DNA of 59,743 bases, taken from the IMG/VR virus record IMGVR_UViG_3300016476_000660, positions 1-59,743 of that record; one strand, 5' to 3'. Each line of letters begins with the position of its first letter. Position 1 is the first letter of the stretch. Origin of the DNA: a virus. Its lineage: Duplodnaviria; Caudoviricetes. Both the position numbers and the translations under genes were made by a program. Positions 34,844-45,705 of the stretch are shown here, piece by piece. The notes under the pieces were generated by a model. The model was given only the letters and a program-made list of their open reading frames with translations, had not been told where the DNA came from and made no database searches.

Positions 34844-37519
34844 TTACTGATCCTGCCACTGCGAAGTCTGTGGCGTGAAGTTGGCGGTATAGCGGGCGTA
34901 GCCTTTGGTAATGCGAAGGTCGTCGATGTAACCAATATACGGCGTAGTGTCGTCCGTCTTTACGCCGACTTTCAAACGCCCAGGAGCGGTAATCGCTGAA
35001 CTGTAAGAAGCTCCAGCCCCAGAAATTCCATCAACAAAAGCCCTTAGCGTCCCTGACGATCTACTTACTGCAACATGAACCCAAGTGTTTGCTGTTACAG
35101 TTCCAGCAGTAGCGCGTACAGCATTGGATGAAGTAACCGAAAGAACGCCTGTGGTGCTTAAATAGACTGCTAATCCGGAATCAGTTCCGGATGTTCTTGT
35201 GTCAAACAAAAATCTTTCTGTCCCACTGCCAACAGATGTTGCATATATCCACATCTCAACAGTGAAATCGCCTGTTCCAAAGTCAAATAAATTTGATGTT
35301 GGCGCAACGAGCCAATCCCCCGTCCCGTCAAAATACATCGAGCTACCACCAAACTTACTCTGCGTCGTGCTGATCTGCGCATTGCCCACAGTCTCCAGAA
35401 CGTTCTTGGAAGTAGCGTCTGTGATGCCAGCGTTGGTGTAATTCAGCAGGAGTTGAGTGTTTGTAACGGCTGTTGGCGGCGCAGTTGGTACAGTAATTGT
35501 TGTGCCGGAATAAATTGCAGACCCAACAATATATCTAGCTCCAGATATATAACCTTTTAAATAGTTTGCATCAGCGTTGTACCTATAACGACCAAGCGCA
35601 ACGGTTGAATTTGTTGTGGTTAATATATTTGTAAATTGAGCAACGCGAGTGCCATTTAAATAGCAGCTTACGTTGTTTGTGCCCGTTCCAGAACGAGCCA
35701 TTGCTATATGATTCCATTGGTTAGAAATTAACGCTGTAGTTGCATTAGATGTTCCGTTTAACCAAAATTCAGCATTATTTCCGTTAGTTACCGCAATCCT
35801 AAATCCCGCAGTATCAGCACTATCTGAAGAAACAATAATTCCTTGAAATGAACCGGTTTGAGTTGTATAAACCCAAGCCTCGACAGTAAAGTCCCCAGTT
35901 GCTATTAAAGCAGCATTTGTGGTTGTAAGATAATCTCCCGTTCCATCAAAATACCCACTGCCGCCCTGAAGCGTAGTTGTATACGCGACGTTCGTTAGGA
36001 ACGGGCTGAAGGGTTGGACGGATACATCGCCTGATCTGGTGAGCGTGTAGTTGTTTGCACTGCTGTCTGCCAACCGATTTGCTTGGAATGCAATGAGCGT
36101 TGTGCCGGCGACTGCTGTGAGAGGCGCGGCAGGTGGCGTGAAATTCGCTGTGTATACCGCTGTTCCTGATACCGAACGGTAGTTTGAAATGTAGCCTTTG
36201 AACGGGTTCGACGTGCCGTCTGCTTCAGTGCCAAAACGAACAGTGCCAGACACATAGCTAGTTGTGATCGTACCGGAATAGCCTTGCACTCCATTTATAA
36301 AGATTCTTACCGTGCCACTCTGGCGAGTTACGGCAACATGGTTCCAAGCATTCAGCGTCACTGTGTTGGTGGATGATGCCTGCACATCAACATTCGCACG
36401 ACCCATGCCGATGGTGCCGTTGCTGTTGATGAGAATGCCAGTTAGGCCGGAAGATGCAAGGTTAGCTTGAACGATGGCTACGCCAGCATTGAACTGCTGA
36501 GGGAAAATCCACGCCTCGACAGTAAAGTCTCCGGTTCCAGAAATGCTTGCGGCGCTTGGAGCATCTACATAATCCGCCGCGCCGTCAAAATAGGCACTCC
36601 ACCCCGTCTGACTAAACGGCGAGAACGTACCCTGCGTCGTGTTGCCGTTGCGGGTGATAGTGAAGTTGTTACTAGACGAGTCTAGGAACGTGTTGTTCTG
36701 CGCTCCGTTCGTGCCGTTGCCGTGCAGGAGCAATGTGGTGTAGTTGAAGTATGGGTCGTACATGTTCCAGCGACGAGTCTGTGCCGCTTGGAGTGCATCA
36801 GTGATTGTCCACACTCCGGGGGTTGCAGCACCTAGTGCCGGGTTATATGCCGTGTAGCCGGTGAAAGGCGTGAACGTGCTGACCTTAGCGTCGCCGTTGG
36901 CTGTGATCGTAAATGCGTTGCTGCTCTGGTCTACGATAGCCGGGGAGTTGCAGGCCAACAGCTGTGTTCCTGAAATGGCAAACAGTTGTGTTGGTACGTT
37001 TATGGTTGTCGCAGTCGGGTCGTACACAGCAGTGTTTGTATACCTTGCATTGGATATATATCCATTGAAGTATCTGTTTACGGCAGAGCTTGTATAACCA
37101 ATTGCCCCGACATTCCCAAATGTGTATGCGATGGTTATTGTTCCGGTACTTGACCGAACACCATTTAAAAATACAGTCGTTAGATTGGAAGCATTGCGAA
37201 CAACTGCAATGTGATACCAAGTGTTTGTTGACATTGTTGGGACAGTAAAGCTGTCCGCAGAAACTCCATACCTGTCAATGCTTATACTTGTGCTGCTTGC
37301 TACGTTTAAACCAAACCCGCCGGTTGTTGTGCCATTCGGTCCAAACAAAGTTTGCGATGCTGAAAAATTGTTTGCATTAAACCAGCACTCAAAAGTAAAT
37401 ACGCCAGCACCTACTGTAGACCCAGACCAAGTTAAGTAATCCCCCGTCCCATCAAACGCGACAGAGTACCCAGCATTTGCGCCGGAAGTGATGATGCCGC
37501 CCGGATATTTGTTGCTCAT
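34844..37519 (-). CDS. LamG/ConA-repeat tail fibre or receptor-binding protein (4 modules)
   Basis: Repeated FDG.GDY, FT.E.W, W.H.A..R, GYI..LR. Confidence 0.85.
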   Translation of the reverse strand: MSNKYPGGIITSGANAGYSVAFDGTGDYLTWSGSTVGAGVFTFECWFNANNFSASQTLFGPNGTTTGGFGLNVASSTSISIDRYGVSADSFTVPTMSTNTWYHIAVVRNASNLTTVFLNGVRSSTGTITIAYTFGNVGAIGYTSSAVNRYFNGYISNARYTNTAVYDPTATTINVPTQLFAISGTQLLACNSPAIVDQSSNAFTITANGDAKVSTFTPFTGYTAYNPALGAATPGVWTITDALQAAQTRRWNMYDPYFNYTTLLLHGNGTNGAQNNTFLDSSSNNFTITRNGNTTQGTFSPFSQTGWSAYFDGAADYVDAPSAASISGTGDFTVEAWIFPQQFNAGVAIVQANLASSGLTGILINSNGTIGMGRANVDVQASSTNTVTLNAWNHVAVTRQSGTVRIFINGVQGYSGTITTSYVSGTVRFGTEADGTSNPFKGYISNYRSVSGTAVYTANFTPPAAPLTAVAGTTLIAFQANRLADSSANNYTLTRSGDVSVQPFSPFLTNVAYTTTLQGGSGYFDGTGDYLTTTNAALIATGDFTVEAWVYTTQTGSFQGIIVSSDSADTAGFRIAVTNGNNAEFWLNGTSNATTALISNQWNHIAMARSGTGTNNVSCYLNGTRVAQFTNILTTTNSTVALGRYRYNADANYLKGYISGARYIVGSAIYSGTTITVPTAPPTAVTNTQLLLNYTNAGITDATSKNVLETVGNAQISTTQSKFGGSSMYFDGTGDWLVAPTSNLFDFGTGDFTVEMWIYATSVGSGTERFLFDTRTSGTDSGLAVYLSTTGVLSVTSSNAVRATAGTVTANTWVHVAVSRSSGTLRAFVDGISGAGASYSSAITAPGRLKVGVKTDDTTPYIGYIDDLRITKGYARYTANFTPQTSQWQDQ

Positions 37520-37528
37520 ATCTTGTCC

Positions 37529-39619
37529 TTATTGCCTTGGCAGTGCCACGCTGGGCGGGATGAAGTTAGCGGTGTAACGGGCTACGCCTTTGGTGATGCG
37601 GAGGTCGTCGATGTACCCGTTGAAATAGTTGGTTGCTGCGCCTTGATAAGCCACTCTGAACTGTCGTATAACAGAATTCATCGCGCCGCTGATTGAGCTT
37701 GATGCAACTGCCACCCCATTGATATACATCGTTTGTGTATTCCCATTCCTGACCCAAGCAAAATGAAACCAAGTATTTGTGCTTATTGTCGGAGATGTAA
37801 GCGTATTGTAGGTAGCCCCGCCTTGCATAAAATGCGTAATGATTGTCCCGCTATTGAGGCGGATCAACCACGACGAGTTTGAATCAGATCCACCAGAATC
37901 TTCCCACACACTAACAAAATACCCTTGACCACTGGTGCTTACACAATTTGCCCAAAACTCAACTGTAAAATCACCACTTCCAAAGTCAAAGAATTTACTT
38001 ATTGGGCTAAGTAAGCCATCTCCACTACCATCAAAATACATCGACCCACTGCCATACTTCACCACCGACGTGCTGACCTGAGCGTTGCCGACCGTCTCCA
38101 AGTTATTCTTCAGCGTGCCGTCGTAGATACCGGCGTTGGTGAAGTTGAGTAGGAGCGAGGTGTTGGTGATGGCAGTGGGTGGAGATGTAATTGTTGGAGC
38201 AACAGCAGAGTCTTTAATTAGTCTCAACCCAGAAATGTATCCGGTGTGCGCAGTTGTTGAGTTTGCATCGCCCAAAATTCCAATAGTTAAATTATCGCTT
38301 ACATCTGCAATAGTTCCTGAAATTGTTGCAGTACCAACAGAAGTTCCATTTTTATAAAAAGTTAATGTGGTTCCGCTTCTAGTTACAGCAAAATGATTCC
38401 ATGTATAAAGATTGTTTGTAACGCTTGCGGTGTAATTTTGAGTTCCGCCAATATTTGCATATAAACCAATTAATGAAGAAGTTATTCTAAAAATAAAAGA
38501 AGTTCCAACATTCCATTGGCAAATCATTACGTTATATTGTGAAGCCCATGCTGTAGTGTATGCCCAGCATTCAATTGTAAAGTCCCCGCTTCCAAGCGTA
38601 AAAGCAGCGTTGTCGGCAAGACTTAAGTAATCCCCGCTCCCATCAAAATACCCAGACCCGCCGATGACATCCGAAGTCCACTGATACTGGGGCGCAAACG
38701 GGCTGAAGGCTTGAACGCTTGGAGTTCCGGCAGGGGTAAGTGTTAGTGGTGATGCAGAGTTATCTACAAACCGGTATGACTGGCACGTAAGCAGCAACGC
38801 CCCTGATACCTGACCAAGCGGCAGGTTAGGAACTGCAAAAGAAGCGCCTGAGTAAACTGCAGTAGTTGTTATGCGCAAGTTTGAAATGTAACCGTAGAAA
38901 GGTATGCCGCCACCGTTACGGTTCCCAATCATCGGGTTAACAGAAGTAATTGCCGCTGTAACAGCGGTTACAGAATCACGCAGCCCATTTACATAGAAAG
39001 AAAAGTTATTGGAGCCGTCGCGTGTAAAAACAACGTGCGTCCATGTGTTATACACACCCGGATAAGCTTGTGTGGATGGGTACGATGAACCGCCAATAGT
39101 AAGCTTAAATTTTTTATCGGAATCATCAAACAGCATCTGCATACGAGCACCATCAGCCGCTGCATATTGTGTGTAAAAACCTTGTGATCCTGTACCTGTA
39201 TTGTTTGTTATGTACAGCCAGCACTCTACTGTAAAAGCGCCATTTGTTTGTACAGCCGCACTAGATAAAGTGATGTTGCTGCTACCGTCAAAATAATTAC
39301 TCCACCATCCCGGTTGCTGACTAAAAGGCGTGAACGTACCTTGGGTCGTATTACCATTCCTAGTGATGGTGAAGTTGTTGGTGCTGGAGTCCAAGAACGT
39401 GTTGTTCTGGCTACCATTGGCGATACCGTCTGCCTGTAGCAGCAGAGTATTTGCGTAGTCGTACGGGTCTTTAGCCCACTGCTGGTTAGCCTGAGCCTGT
39501 AGCTGTTGCTGCGCCGTGAACACACCTTGATACTGGACAACATTTACGCCAGTAGTGATGTTGGATGCTAATGGGTTGTACCCCGGCTTGATGATGTTGC
39601 CCAGATAACGGAGACCCAT
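37529..39619 (-). CDS. LamG/ConA-repeat tail fibre or receptor-binding protein (3 modules)
   Basis: Paralog of 34844-37519. Confidence 0.85.
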   Translation of the reverse strand: MGLRYLGNIIKPGYNPLASNITTGVNVVQYQGVFTAQQQLQAQANQQWAKDPYDYANTLLLQADGIANGSQNNTFLDSSTNNFTITRNGNTTQGTFTPFSQQPGWWSNYFDGSSNITLSSAAVQTNGAFTVECWLYITNNTGTGSQGFYTQYAAADGARMQMLFDDSDKKFKLTIGGSSYPSTQAYPGVYNTWTHVVFTRDGSNNFSFYVNGLRDSVTAVTAAITSVNPMIGNRNGGGIPFYGYISNLRITTTAVYSGASFAVPNLPLGQVSGALLLTCQSYRFVDNSASPLTLTPAGTPSVQAFSPFAPQYQWTSDVIGGSGYFDGSGDYLSLADNAAFTLGSGDFTIECWAYTTAWASQYNVMICQWNVGTSFIFRITSSLIGLYANIGGTQNYTASVTNNLYTWNHFAVTRSGTTLTFYKNGTSVGTATISGTIADVSDNLTIGILGDANSTTAHTGYISGLRLIKDSAVAPTITSPPTAITNTSLLLNFTNAGIYDGTLKNNLETVGNAQVSTSVVKYGSGSMYFDGSGDGLLSPISKFFDFGSGDFTVEFWANCVSTSGQGYFVSVWEDSGGSDSNSSWLIRLNSGTIITHFMQGGATYNTLTSPTISTNTWFHFAWVRNGNTQTMYINGVAVASSSISGAMNSVIRQFRVAYQGAATNYFNGYIDDLRITKGVARYTANFIPPSVALPRQ

Positions 39620-39622
39620 GTT

Positions 39623-39940
39623 TTACTCCAGTGCAGAAATGTCCGACGAGGTTAAAGCTATAACTTGGGAAGAATCAACCGCCGGGGCTATCGCTTCTTC
39701 CTGCGCCAGTACCACCGTTTCTTGAGGCAAAGCATATTCCACCCACCTTTCTTCGGATTGACTCCATGAATACTTAAAACCATCCTTAACGGGCATAGGG
39801 TCACGAATGATCCAGCCGGGCGGATACCACCATACAAGTTCTTTGCCTTCAGGAACTTCAGGCGGGTCTTCTACCTCAACCCAACCCTCTGTGCCATCAG
39901 TCTGCGGGTACGGAATAGAACCGTTTTTGCTGTAAAGCAT
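39623..39940 (-). CDS. Putative tail fibre assembly protein
   Basis: Trp/Pro-rich. Adjacent to the fibre genes. Confidence 0.6.
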   Translation of the reverse strand: MLYSKNGSIPYPQTDGTEGWVEVEDPPEVPEGKELVWWYPPGWIIRDPMPVKDGFKYSWSQSEERWVEYALPQETVVLAQEEAIAPAVDSSQVIALTSSDISALE

Positions 39941-39950
39941 GATTCACCTA

Positions 39951-40358
39951 TTAGGTAATCTGTTCGAACGTAGCAGTGAAGGTTAGCGCAGAGGCTGTAC
40001 CCGAATAGGCAGCTACCGACTGATTCTCCGTGATGTACACCGAGTTGGTCTTGTCGATAATCACCAGCGTCGAGTTTGCCGGGACGCTAATTTGGTACGC
40101 CGGGTAAGACACTACCGTTGCTGAACCGAAGGTTGCGTTGTTACCGATTGCAATTGTTGCGGTTGCCGCGCTCGAAGTCGTATTAGACGCCGTAATCGAC
40201 GTGACACGGTTCACAGTATTTGCAGCCGGGGTAAGACCAGTCAATGAAGTTGAACCGTTGTACGTCCACGAAGTCGTGGCAGTAGCAGCAGATGAAGGGA
40301 TAACGTAAGCGGTATTACCATAAATACTGGTTACGTTGACGATATTGGGGTTTGCCAT
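39951..40358 (-). CDS. Virion structural protein (MANPNIV)
   Basis: Beta-rich, ISVPANSTL..IDK. Confidence 0.7.
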   Translation of the reverse strand: MANPNIVNVTSIYGNTAYVIPSSAATATTSWTYNGSTSLTGLTPAANTVNRVTSITASNTTSSAATATIAIGNNATFGSATVVSYPAYQISVPANSTLVIIDKTNSVYITENQSVAAYSGTASALTFTATFEQIT

Positions 40359-40368
40359 TTAATACTCC

Positions 40369-40920
40369 TTAGAATCCAAAAATCATCGCCATAGCGATTG
40401 CTTTACCAGTGGTAATTCCACCACCACCTGCTGCTGCCCATGCCGGTACTCCTGCAGTTACCGTCAACACTTGCCCATTACTACCAACCCCTAACTTGCT
40501 TAGGGTATTGGTTGCTGACGCGTAAAGAATATCACCTGTGGTGTATGTACTTTGCGCAGTGCCGCCATTTGTTGCGGGCAGTGTGCCTGTAACACCTGTG
40601 GAAAGAGGCAGACCCGTTGCATTGGTCAATGTACCAGATGAAGGAGTTCCTAATGCACCACCATTAACCACCACAGCACCTGCAGTGCCTACATTGATAG
40701 CCAGCGCAGTAAGTACGCCCGTGCCTGCGCCAGATAGTGTGCTGACAGGCACATTCTTCCATGCGATGGTTTGTACAGAGCCTAGATTATCTTTATAGTA
40801 TAGCTTACCATCAGTAATATTGATAGCAAGCTCACCATTTGCTAGATTACTTGCACTAGGCGCGGCAGATGCTGTCGTACTATTATAAAGTTGAATTGGC
40901 GTGTAGTTAGTTTGTGCCAT
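40369..40920 (-). CDS. Tail fibre-like protein
   Basis: [35 protein letters not shown]. Confidence 0.75.
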   Translation of the reverse strand: MAQTNYTPIQLYNSTTASAAPSASNLANGELAINITDGKLYYKDNLGSVQTIAWKNVPVSTLSGAGTGVLTALAINVGTAGAVVVNGGALGTPSSGTLTNATGLPLSTGVTGTLPATNGGTAQSTYTTGDILYASATNTLSKLGVGSNGQVLTVTAGVPAWAAAGGGGITTGKAIAMAMIFGF

Positions 40921-40929
40921 GATAAATCC

Positions 40930-41403
40930 TTAAAAAGTACCGCCAGAAATGCCAGACCACTGCGGCGTAGATGCACCTGCTGTCAAAACGTAACCTTGTG
41001 TGCCATTTACGATATTTGCAACCGCAACTGTGCCAGAAACTGTCTTTAAATTACCATTGGTGTCATATTGACCATTAGTTGTCCACGTATCCCCAACCTG
41101 TAGTGTTACCTTGGCTATTGTTCTCAAGGTACTGTTATTATTGTAGTAAATAGTAACAGTAACTGCTGCAGTGTCGCGATTCTCAACAGTAATCGTGTTG
41201 ATAACGCGACGAGTAGATGCTGCAGGTGCTGAGCATAAGGTTACCGATGATGTACCATTGAGAGCACCATCGTTGGCGCCTTCAGTAAAGGTTGTACCAT
41301 TATTATCAGCATACGCAACCGTAAAATCTGGGTTTGTGGTCGCTGCAGCACCTGACATCACCGCAGTGATTGTCTTAGTAGTTGCATCAAGAACTAATTT
41401 CAT
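40930..41403 (-). CDS. Virion structural protein
   Basis: Thr-rich, C-terminal ISGGTF. Confidence 0.7.
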   Translation of the reverse strand: MKLVLDATTKTITAVMSGAAATTNPDFTVAYADNNGTTFTEGANDGALNGTSSVTLCSAPAASTRRVINTITVENRDTAAVTVTIYYNNNSTLRTIAKVTLQVGDTWTTNGQYDTNGNLKTVSGTVAVANIVNGTQGYVLTAGASTPQWSGISGGTF

Positions 41404-41412
41404 AAAAACCTC

Positions 41413-44307
41413 TTAGCAAATAAACCAAGCATACGCTTGAGCTTGTGTTGCAGAACCAGAACCACCTCCGGTTGAAGCTATCGTAATAGTACCATTGCCA
41501 TTCGTAATAGTGATATTAGAACCTGCAGTAAGCGTAGCCTTGGACAGGCTACCGGTCGCCGAATTGCCGATCAGTAATTGACCGTCGGTATATGTGGTCT
41601 GTCCGGTGCCACCATTATCAACATCCAGCGTGCCAGCCATAGTAATAGTGCCACTAGAAGTGATTGGCCCACCACTAAATGTTAAACCAGTTGTGCCCCC
41701 AGACACATCAACTGAAGTAACTGCGCCTGTACCTGCTACATCCCATAAGAACGCAGAGCCATCCCATTTGAGGAAGCGATTTGCAACTGTAGGTGCTACA
41801 ATAAATGACGTCGTACCGGCGCCGGTTTGATAAGGTACTTGATTGGCTGTACCACCTGCTAAGTTGGTGGCGGTGCCTACGCTTAATGAAGATTGCGGAA
41901 CATTTTCCCAATACTGCAAGGATGTGTTATAACGAATAACATCGTTGTTACTTAAAGTTCCGAACTGGACGTTAGAGTCAGTTCCTCCGAGTACTGATCC
42001 AGAATTGATACGAACTTGAATTACACCGCCGCCGGAAGAACCACCCGTAACCACTGCAGCCATCTGAACTTTAATATTCGGGGCAGACGGTTTAGTTTTC
42101 GTTAATCCACCAGTTACGGAAGGATTGTACCAGAGAATATCACCATCTGCGTAAGCTGAAGTGTCAACATTACGCAAGGTTCCGAATGCTTGAATTAAGC
42201 CGAAGCCGTTTGTCGCGATAGCCTCTGCAGCGATACCTACAATGTAAGATCCGTCTGTTAGGCCAGTCGCAGGAGCTACGGTAATCGTACCTGAAGCACC
42301 TACAGAGCCGGTGAACATAGCAACCTGGCCTTTATTGATGCCAGACGATGCTTTTACATAATAAAACTGATCTTCCATGACGTGGCCAGTGACATTAGCT
42401 GTCATGCCAACATGGAATGTGGACGTACCATCCCACCACAAACGACCTACCGCCGCAGTAACAGTTGCCCCGGTATCAAACTGTACGTAGTCAGGTGTGC
42501 TAATTCCACCAGTAATGCCTGACATCGATGTGATATCACTATTGGCACCTGATGCTGCAGCACTGAGATTAGTTCTCGCGCCTGATGCAGTGGTTGCGCC
42601 TGTGCCACCATTAGCTACAGCTAGTGTGCCACCTAGTGTCAAAGTACCACTGGTAGTGATAGGCCCACCAGTAAATGTCAGTCCCGTCGTACCACCCGAC
42701 GCATCAACACTAGTAACAGTACCTAACGGATTGGCCGACCATTGGAAGGCGCTGCCTGACCATTCAAGGTAAGTATTAGCTACAGTAGGCGCAACAATAA
42801 AGCTGGTTGTGCTTGCGCCAGTTTGATAAGCAATCCGATTAGCACCGCCATTAGCCAAATTGGTTGCAGTACCTACAGCCAACGTAGATTGCGCTACATA
42901 TTGCGGTGCCGACGCACCAGCTGTCAGCACATATCCAGATGTGCCTAAAGTCAGCTTTGACAGCAACGCACCAGATGCGTAATATAGCATATCACCAGCA
43001 GCGTAGCTGGTTAAGCCTGTGCCACCATTAGTGGTTTTAAGTGTACCTGCAAGAGTTATGGTACCGGTTGTAGTAACAGGCCCACCTGAAGTAGTAAGAC
43101 CTGTAGTGCCACCTGAAACATCAATACTGGTAACTGTACCTGTACCAGAAACAACTACCCACTGATATTGGGTGCCATCCCACTGCAAATATGTAACTGG
43201 CGTTGTAGGCGCAGTGATAAAACCTGTAGCATTTGTCGCCGTCTGATACACTATGCGATTTGCACTACCGCCAACGATGTCATTAGCATAGTCAGCATTC
43301 AACGCGTTTGTTGCGTATCCAACTGACACCACTGTGGGGTCAGTCCATTGTGGCGCAGTGCCACTGGATGTCATAATATAGTCAGTAGTACCAATCGCCA
43401 GCTTAGACAGCGTAGCACTACCGGACGCGTAAAGCGTGTCACCTGTGGTGTAGCTAGATTGCCCAGTACCCCCATTAGCAGCAACAAGAGTACCGCCTAA
43501 TGTTAGAGTGCCTGACGAAGTAATAGGCCCGCCGCTGAAAGTCATACCCGTGGTGCCACCTGACGCGCCAACAGATGAGACTGTACCGTCACCGGAGCCT
43601 ATAGTTACCCAGTTAGAGCCTTGATAGACTTCTAAACGCGACGTAGTGGTGTTGAGACGCAGTAGCCCCTCATCAGGTAACGCGGGCCGTTCACCTGTTG
43701 TGCCTTTGGGTACCACCATGCCCTCAACGCCAGGCATAATAGGATTATTGGCTATGCTGAAAGTAGGATTGCCAGCTGTGCCTTGAGGATTGGTAACATC
43801 AATTTGGGCAGTTGTACCTGCAAGTTGCCGTACAGTGGCTCCTGTACCTAGCAAAGTTAACTGCCCAAAGCCACTTAATCCCGCAATAGTTGCAGATAGG
43901 CCATCCAGTGCAATAGTTGGGTCGCCAGAAACACCGGAGCCATTGGCAATAGACAATCCTTGGCCTGAAACTTGAATGCTTCTAGAGGCCAGATTGCCAC
44001 TGGATGTCTTGGCCAACATACCCGTGCCAACATTAATCAGACTTAGCAATTCTGCAGCTGGACTAATCTGATATTGGCCAAGGGCACCACCATCGGTGAC
44101 TGTTAGACCGGTACCAACGCCAATATATCGACTATTGGGTAGCGTAGTCTGCAGACCAACTGTTAAGAAAGTCTGTGTTTGAGATGGGCTAGCAGCAATG
44201 GCCCCTGTCGTAGTTTGTACAGTGACGCCATTTTGGACAATTGGCACAGATTCTGCGCCAGTGATTGGCCCAGCATTTGGAAGTTGCGTGATCTGTATAT
44301 TGGCCAT
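41413..44307 (-). CDS. Long repetitive tail fibre protein
   Basis: Four V(T/S)S...SGGTTG.T..GGP.T..GT.TL.GTL repeats and three AT(N)..GG.AN...YQT repeats. Confidence 0.8.
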   Translation of the reverse strand: MANIQITQLPNAGPITGAESVPIVQNGVTVQTTTGAIAASPSQTQTFLTVGLQTTLPNSRYIGVGTGLTVTDGGALGQYQISPAAELLSLINVGTGMLAKTSSGNLASRSIQVSGQGLSIANGSGVSGDPTIALDGLSATIAGLSGFGQLTLLGTGATVRQLAGTTAQIDVTNPQGTAGNPTFSIANNPIMPGVEGMVVPKGTTGERPALPDEGLLRLNTTTSRLEVYQGSNWVTIGSGDGTVSSVGASGGTTGMTFSGGPITSSGTLTLGGTLVAANGGTGQSSYTTGDTLYASGSATLSKLAIGTTDYIMTSSGTAPQWTDPTVVSVGYATNALNADYANDIVGGSANRIVYQTATNATGFITAPTTPVTYLQWDGTQYQWVVVSGTGTVTSIDVSGGTTGLTTSGGPVTTTGTITLAGTLKTTNGGTGLTSYAAGDMLYYASGALLSKLTLGTSGYVLTAGASAPQYVAQSTLAVGTATNLANGGANRIAYQTGASTTSFIVAPTVANTYLEWSGSAFQWSANPLGTVTSVDASGGTTGLTFTGGPITTSGTLTLGGTLAVANGGTGATTASGARTNLSAAASGANSDITSMSGITGGISTPDYVQFDTGATVTAAVGRLWWDGTSTFHVGMTANVTGHVMEDQFYYVKASSGINKGQVAMFTGSVGASGTITVAPATGLTDGSYIVGIAAEAIATNGFGLIQAFGTLRNVDTSAYADGDILWYNPSVTGGLTKTKPSAPNIKVQMAAVVTGGSSGGGVIQVRINSGSVLGGTDSNVQFGTLSNNDVIRYNTSLQYWENVPQSSLSVGTATNLAGGTANQVPYQTGAGTTSFIVAPTVANRFLKWDGSAFLWDVAGTGAVTSVDVSGGTTGLTFSGGPITSSGTITMAGTLDVDNGGTGQTTYTDGQLLIGNSATGSLSKATLTAGSNITITNGNGTITIASTGGGSGSATQAQAYAWFIC

Positions 44308-44308
44308 A

Positions 44309-44644
44309 TTAAGGACTCAAATTATCCAAGTTGCCGTTATTCTCAGGAGTATCAACGTTTTGCTCCGGAGAAATTTCATAATTCTCATACGGTCCGGTAA
44401 TCAACGCATCCGGATTCGTAGCAATGTCAGCATCAGGTCGCGGAAAGCGTATCGCGATTTTCTCAGGCTGCCTTGCCGGCAATCTATATGGGTCAAACTG
44501 ATCTTTGCAACCTTGACTACATACTCTTAAGCCAGGAAAATTAGGATCCTGGCTTAAATCTACATACGCTCTCTTCATACGGCAACGATCGCATATTGCT
44601 ATGCTGATGATACTGTTGCCGGTTGTATCAAGAGTGCGTGGCAT
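44309..44644 (-). CDS. Conserved Cys-motif protein
   Basis: CDRC...GLRVC...CKD..DP. Confidence 0.7.
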   Translation of the reverse strand: MPRTLDTTGNSIISIAICDRCRMKRAYVDLSQDPNFPGLRVCSQGCKDQFDPYRLPARQPEKIAIRFPRPDADIATNPDALITGPYENYEISPEQNVDTPENNGNLDNLSP

Positions 44645-45702
44645 TATCTAGTATAAGGCGAAATATTTGGCGCAAAATAAATAGGCGACTTATCTCTTTC
44701 TTCTTGCTCAGCTTGCAACCAATACTTATCCGCTTGCTGCTCGCAATACTCAATTCTTCCGGGCTCTACGCCAGGTAATTCCATGGCCATTTGATGGGCA
44801 AGCATATTTTGCACCGCCAAATACCACCGTTGCGGTATCTCAATTTGCCCACTTAATGCGCCTACATCCTCAATATGTCGATGGCACCAGGCAACGATTT
44901 GCTTGATTGGATTGCTAGGCACCGGCCAAGTGTACATTGAAGGCTGCGGAATTGTGCGATCAAACCAAAACATCAATGGCTGATCTGCCGTGAAATTCTT
45001 ATTGGGTAAATTTGTATAATCATCGCGATTGAGACGCGCCATGGGGATCTCAGTAGGCGCAGTACCCCACACAAGCTCACGAACCGCCAAGGTCGCGCCG
45101 CCCGTTTCCTTGATTCGCCATAAAGTTGCATTTGCGCTAGGCTCTAAATCATAATAAAGCCATACGCCGTCAACCCAAGCAACAGATCCAGGTGAATAAA
45201 GCGTTGTCCACGTAATATTATCGCTGCTGTACTGTATTTCTATGTCAAAAGTGCCTGATGTGCCTGGCAAAATGCCCACAGTAGCCATGTAGACGTCATT
45301 TCCGGTGCCATTATTGATGCCAATGTACCCATCTGGTGACATTTGTTGGCAAATTGTGTCTAAATTGCCGTCATAGGCAAGGCTTGCGTTGCCCGAAGAG
45401 GCAAACATGCCTGAAGTTATGCGTGTGACAGTGCGATAATTGGCATTAAGCACATCAACAGTGCCCAAAGGCATATTGTAGACGTAATGATCTGGGTAAA
45501 GCCCAATAACATTCTTTTGAATGCACCAATATTGAATGCCACGATTGGCCATATTGGACAAAATGTAGAACAAACAGTCTTTCGAGGACAATACTTGCTC
45601 ATTGGTCAGTTCTTCTGCCAATTTTCCAGCACGACGAGCGCCATGATCAATCAGTGATTGCACTGAAATGATGGTATTTCCAACTGTTCCGCTAGTTGCC
45701 AT
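44644..45702 (-). CDS. Putative head-completion/adaptor protein with beta-sandwich insert
   Basis: MATSGT, ANRG..W, RDDY.NLPNK, WPVP, P.RW. Confidence 0.6.
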   Translation of the reverse strand: MATSGTVGNTIISVQSLIDHGARRAGKLAEELTNEQVLSSKDCLFYILSNMANRGIQYWCIQKNVIGLYPDHYVYNMPLGTVDVLNANYRTVTRITSGMFASSGNASLAYDGNLDTICQQMSPDGYIGINNGTGNDVYMATVGILPGTSGTFDIEIQYSSDNITWTTLYSPGSVAWVDGVWLYYDLEPSANATLWRIKETGGATLAVRELVWGTAPTEIPMARLNRDDYTNLPNKNFTADQPLMFWFDRTIPQPSMYTWPVPSNPIKQIVAWCHRHIEDVGALSGQIEIPQRWYLAVQNMLAHQMAMELPGVEPGRIEYCEQQADKYWLQAEQEERDKSPIYFAPNISPYTR

Positions 45703-45705
45703 GCA

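Noticed and set aside
34844-39619. Diversity-generating retroelement acting on the fibres
   Set aside because: No reverse transcriptase and no template/variable repeat pair differing only at adenines was seen.
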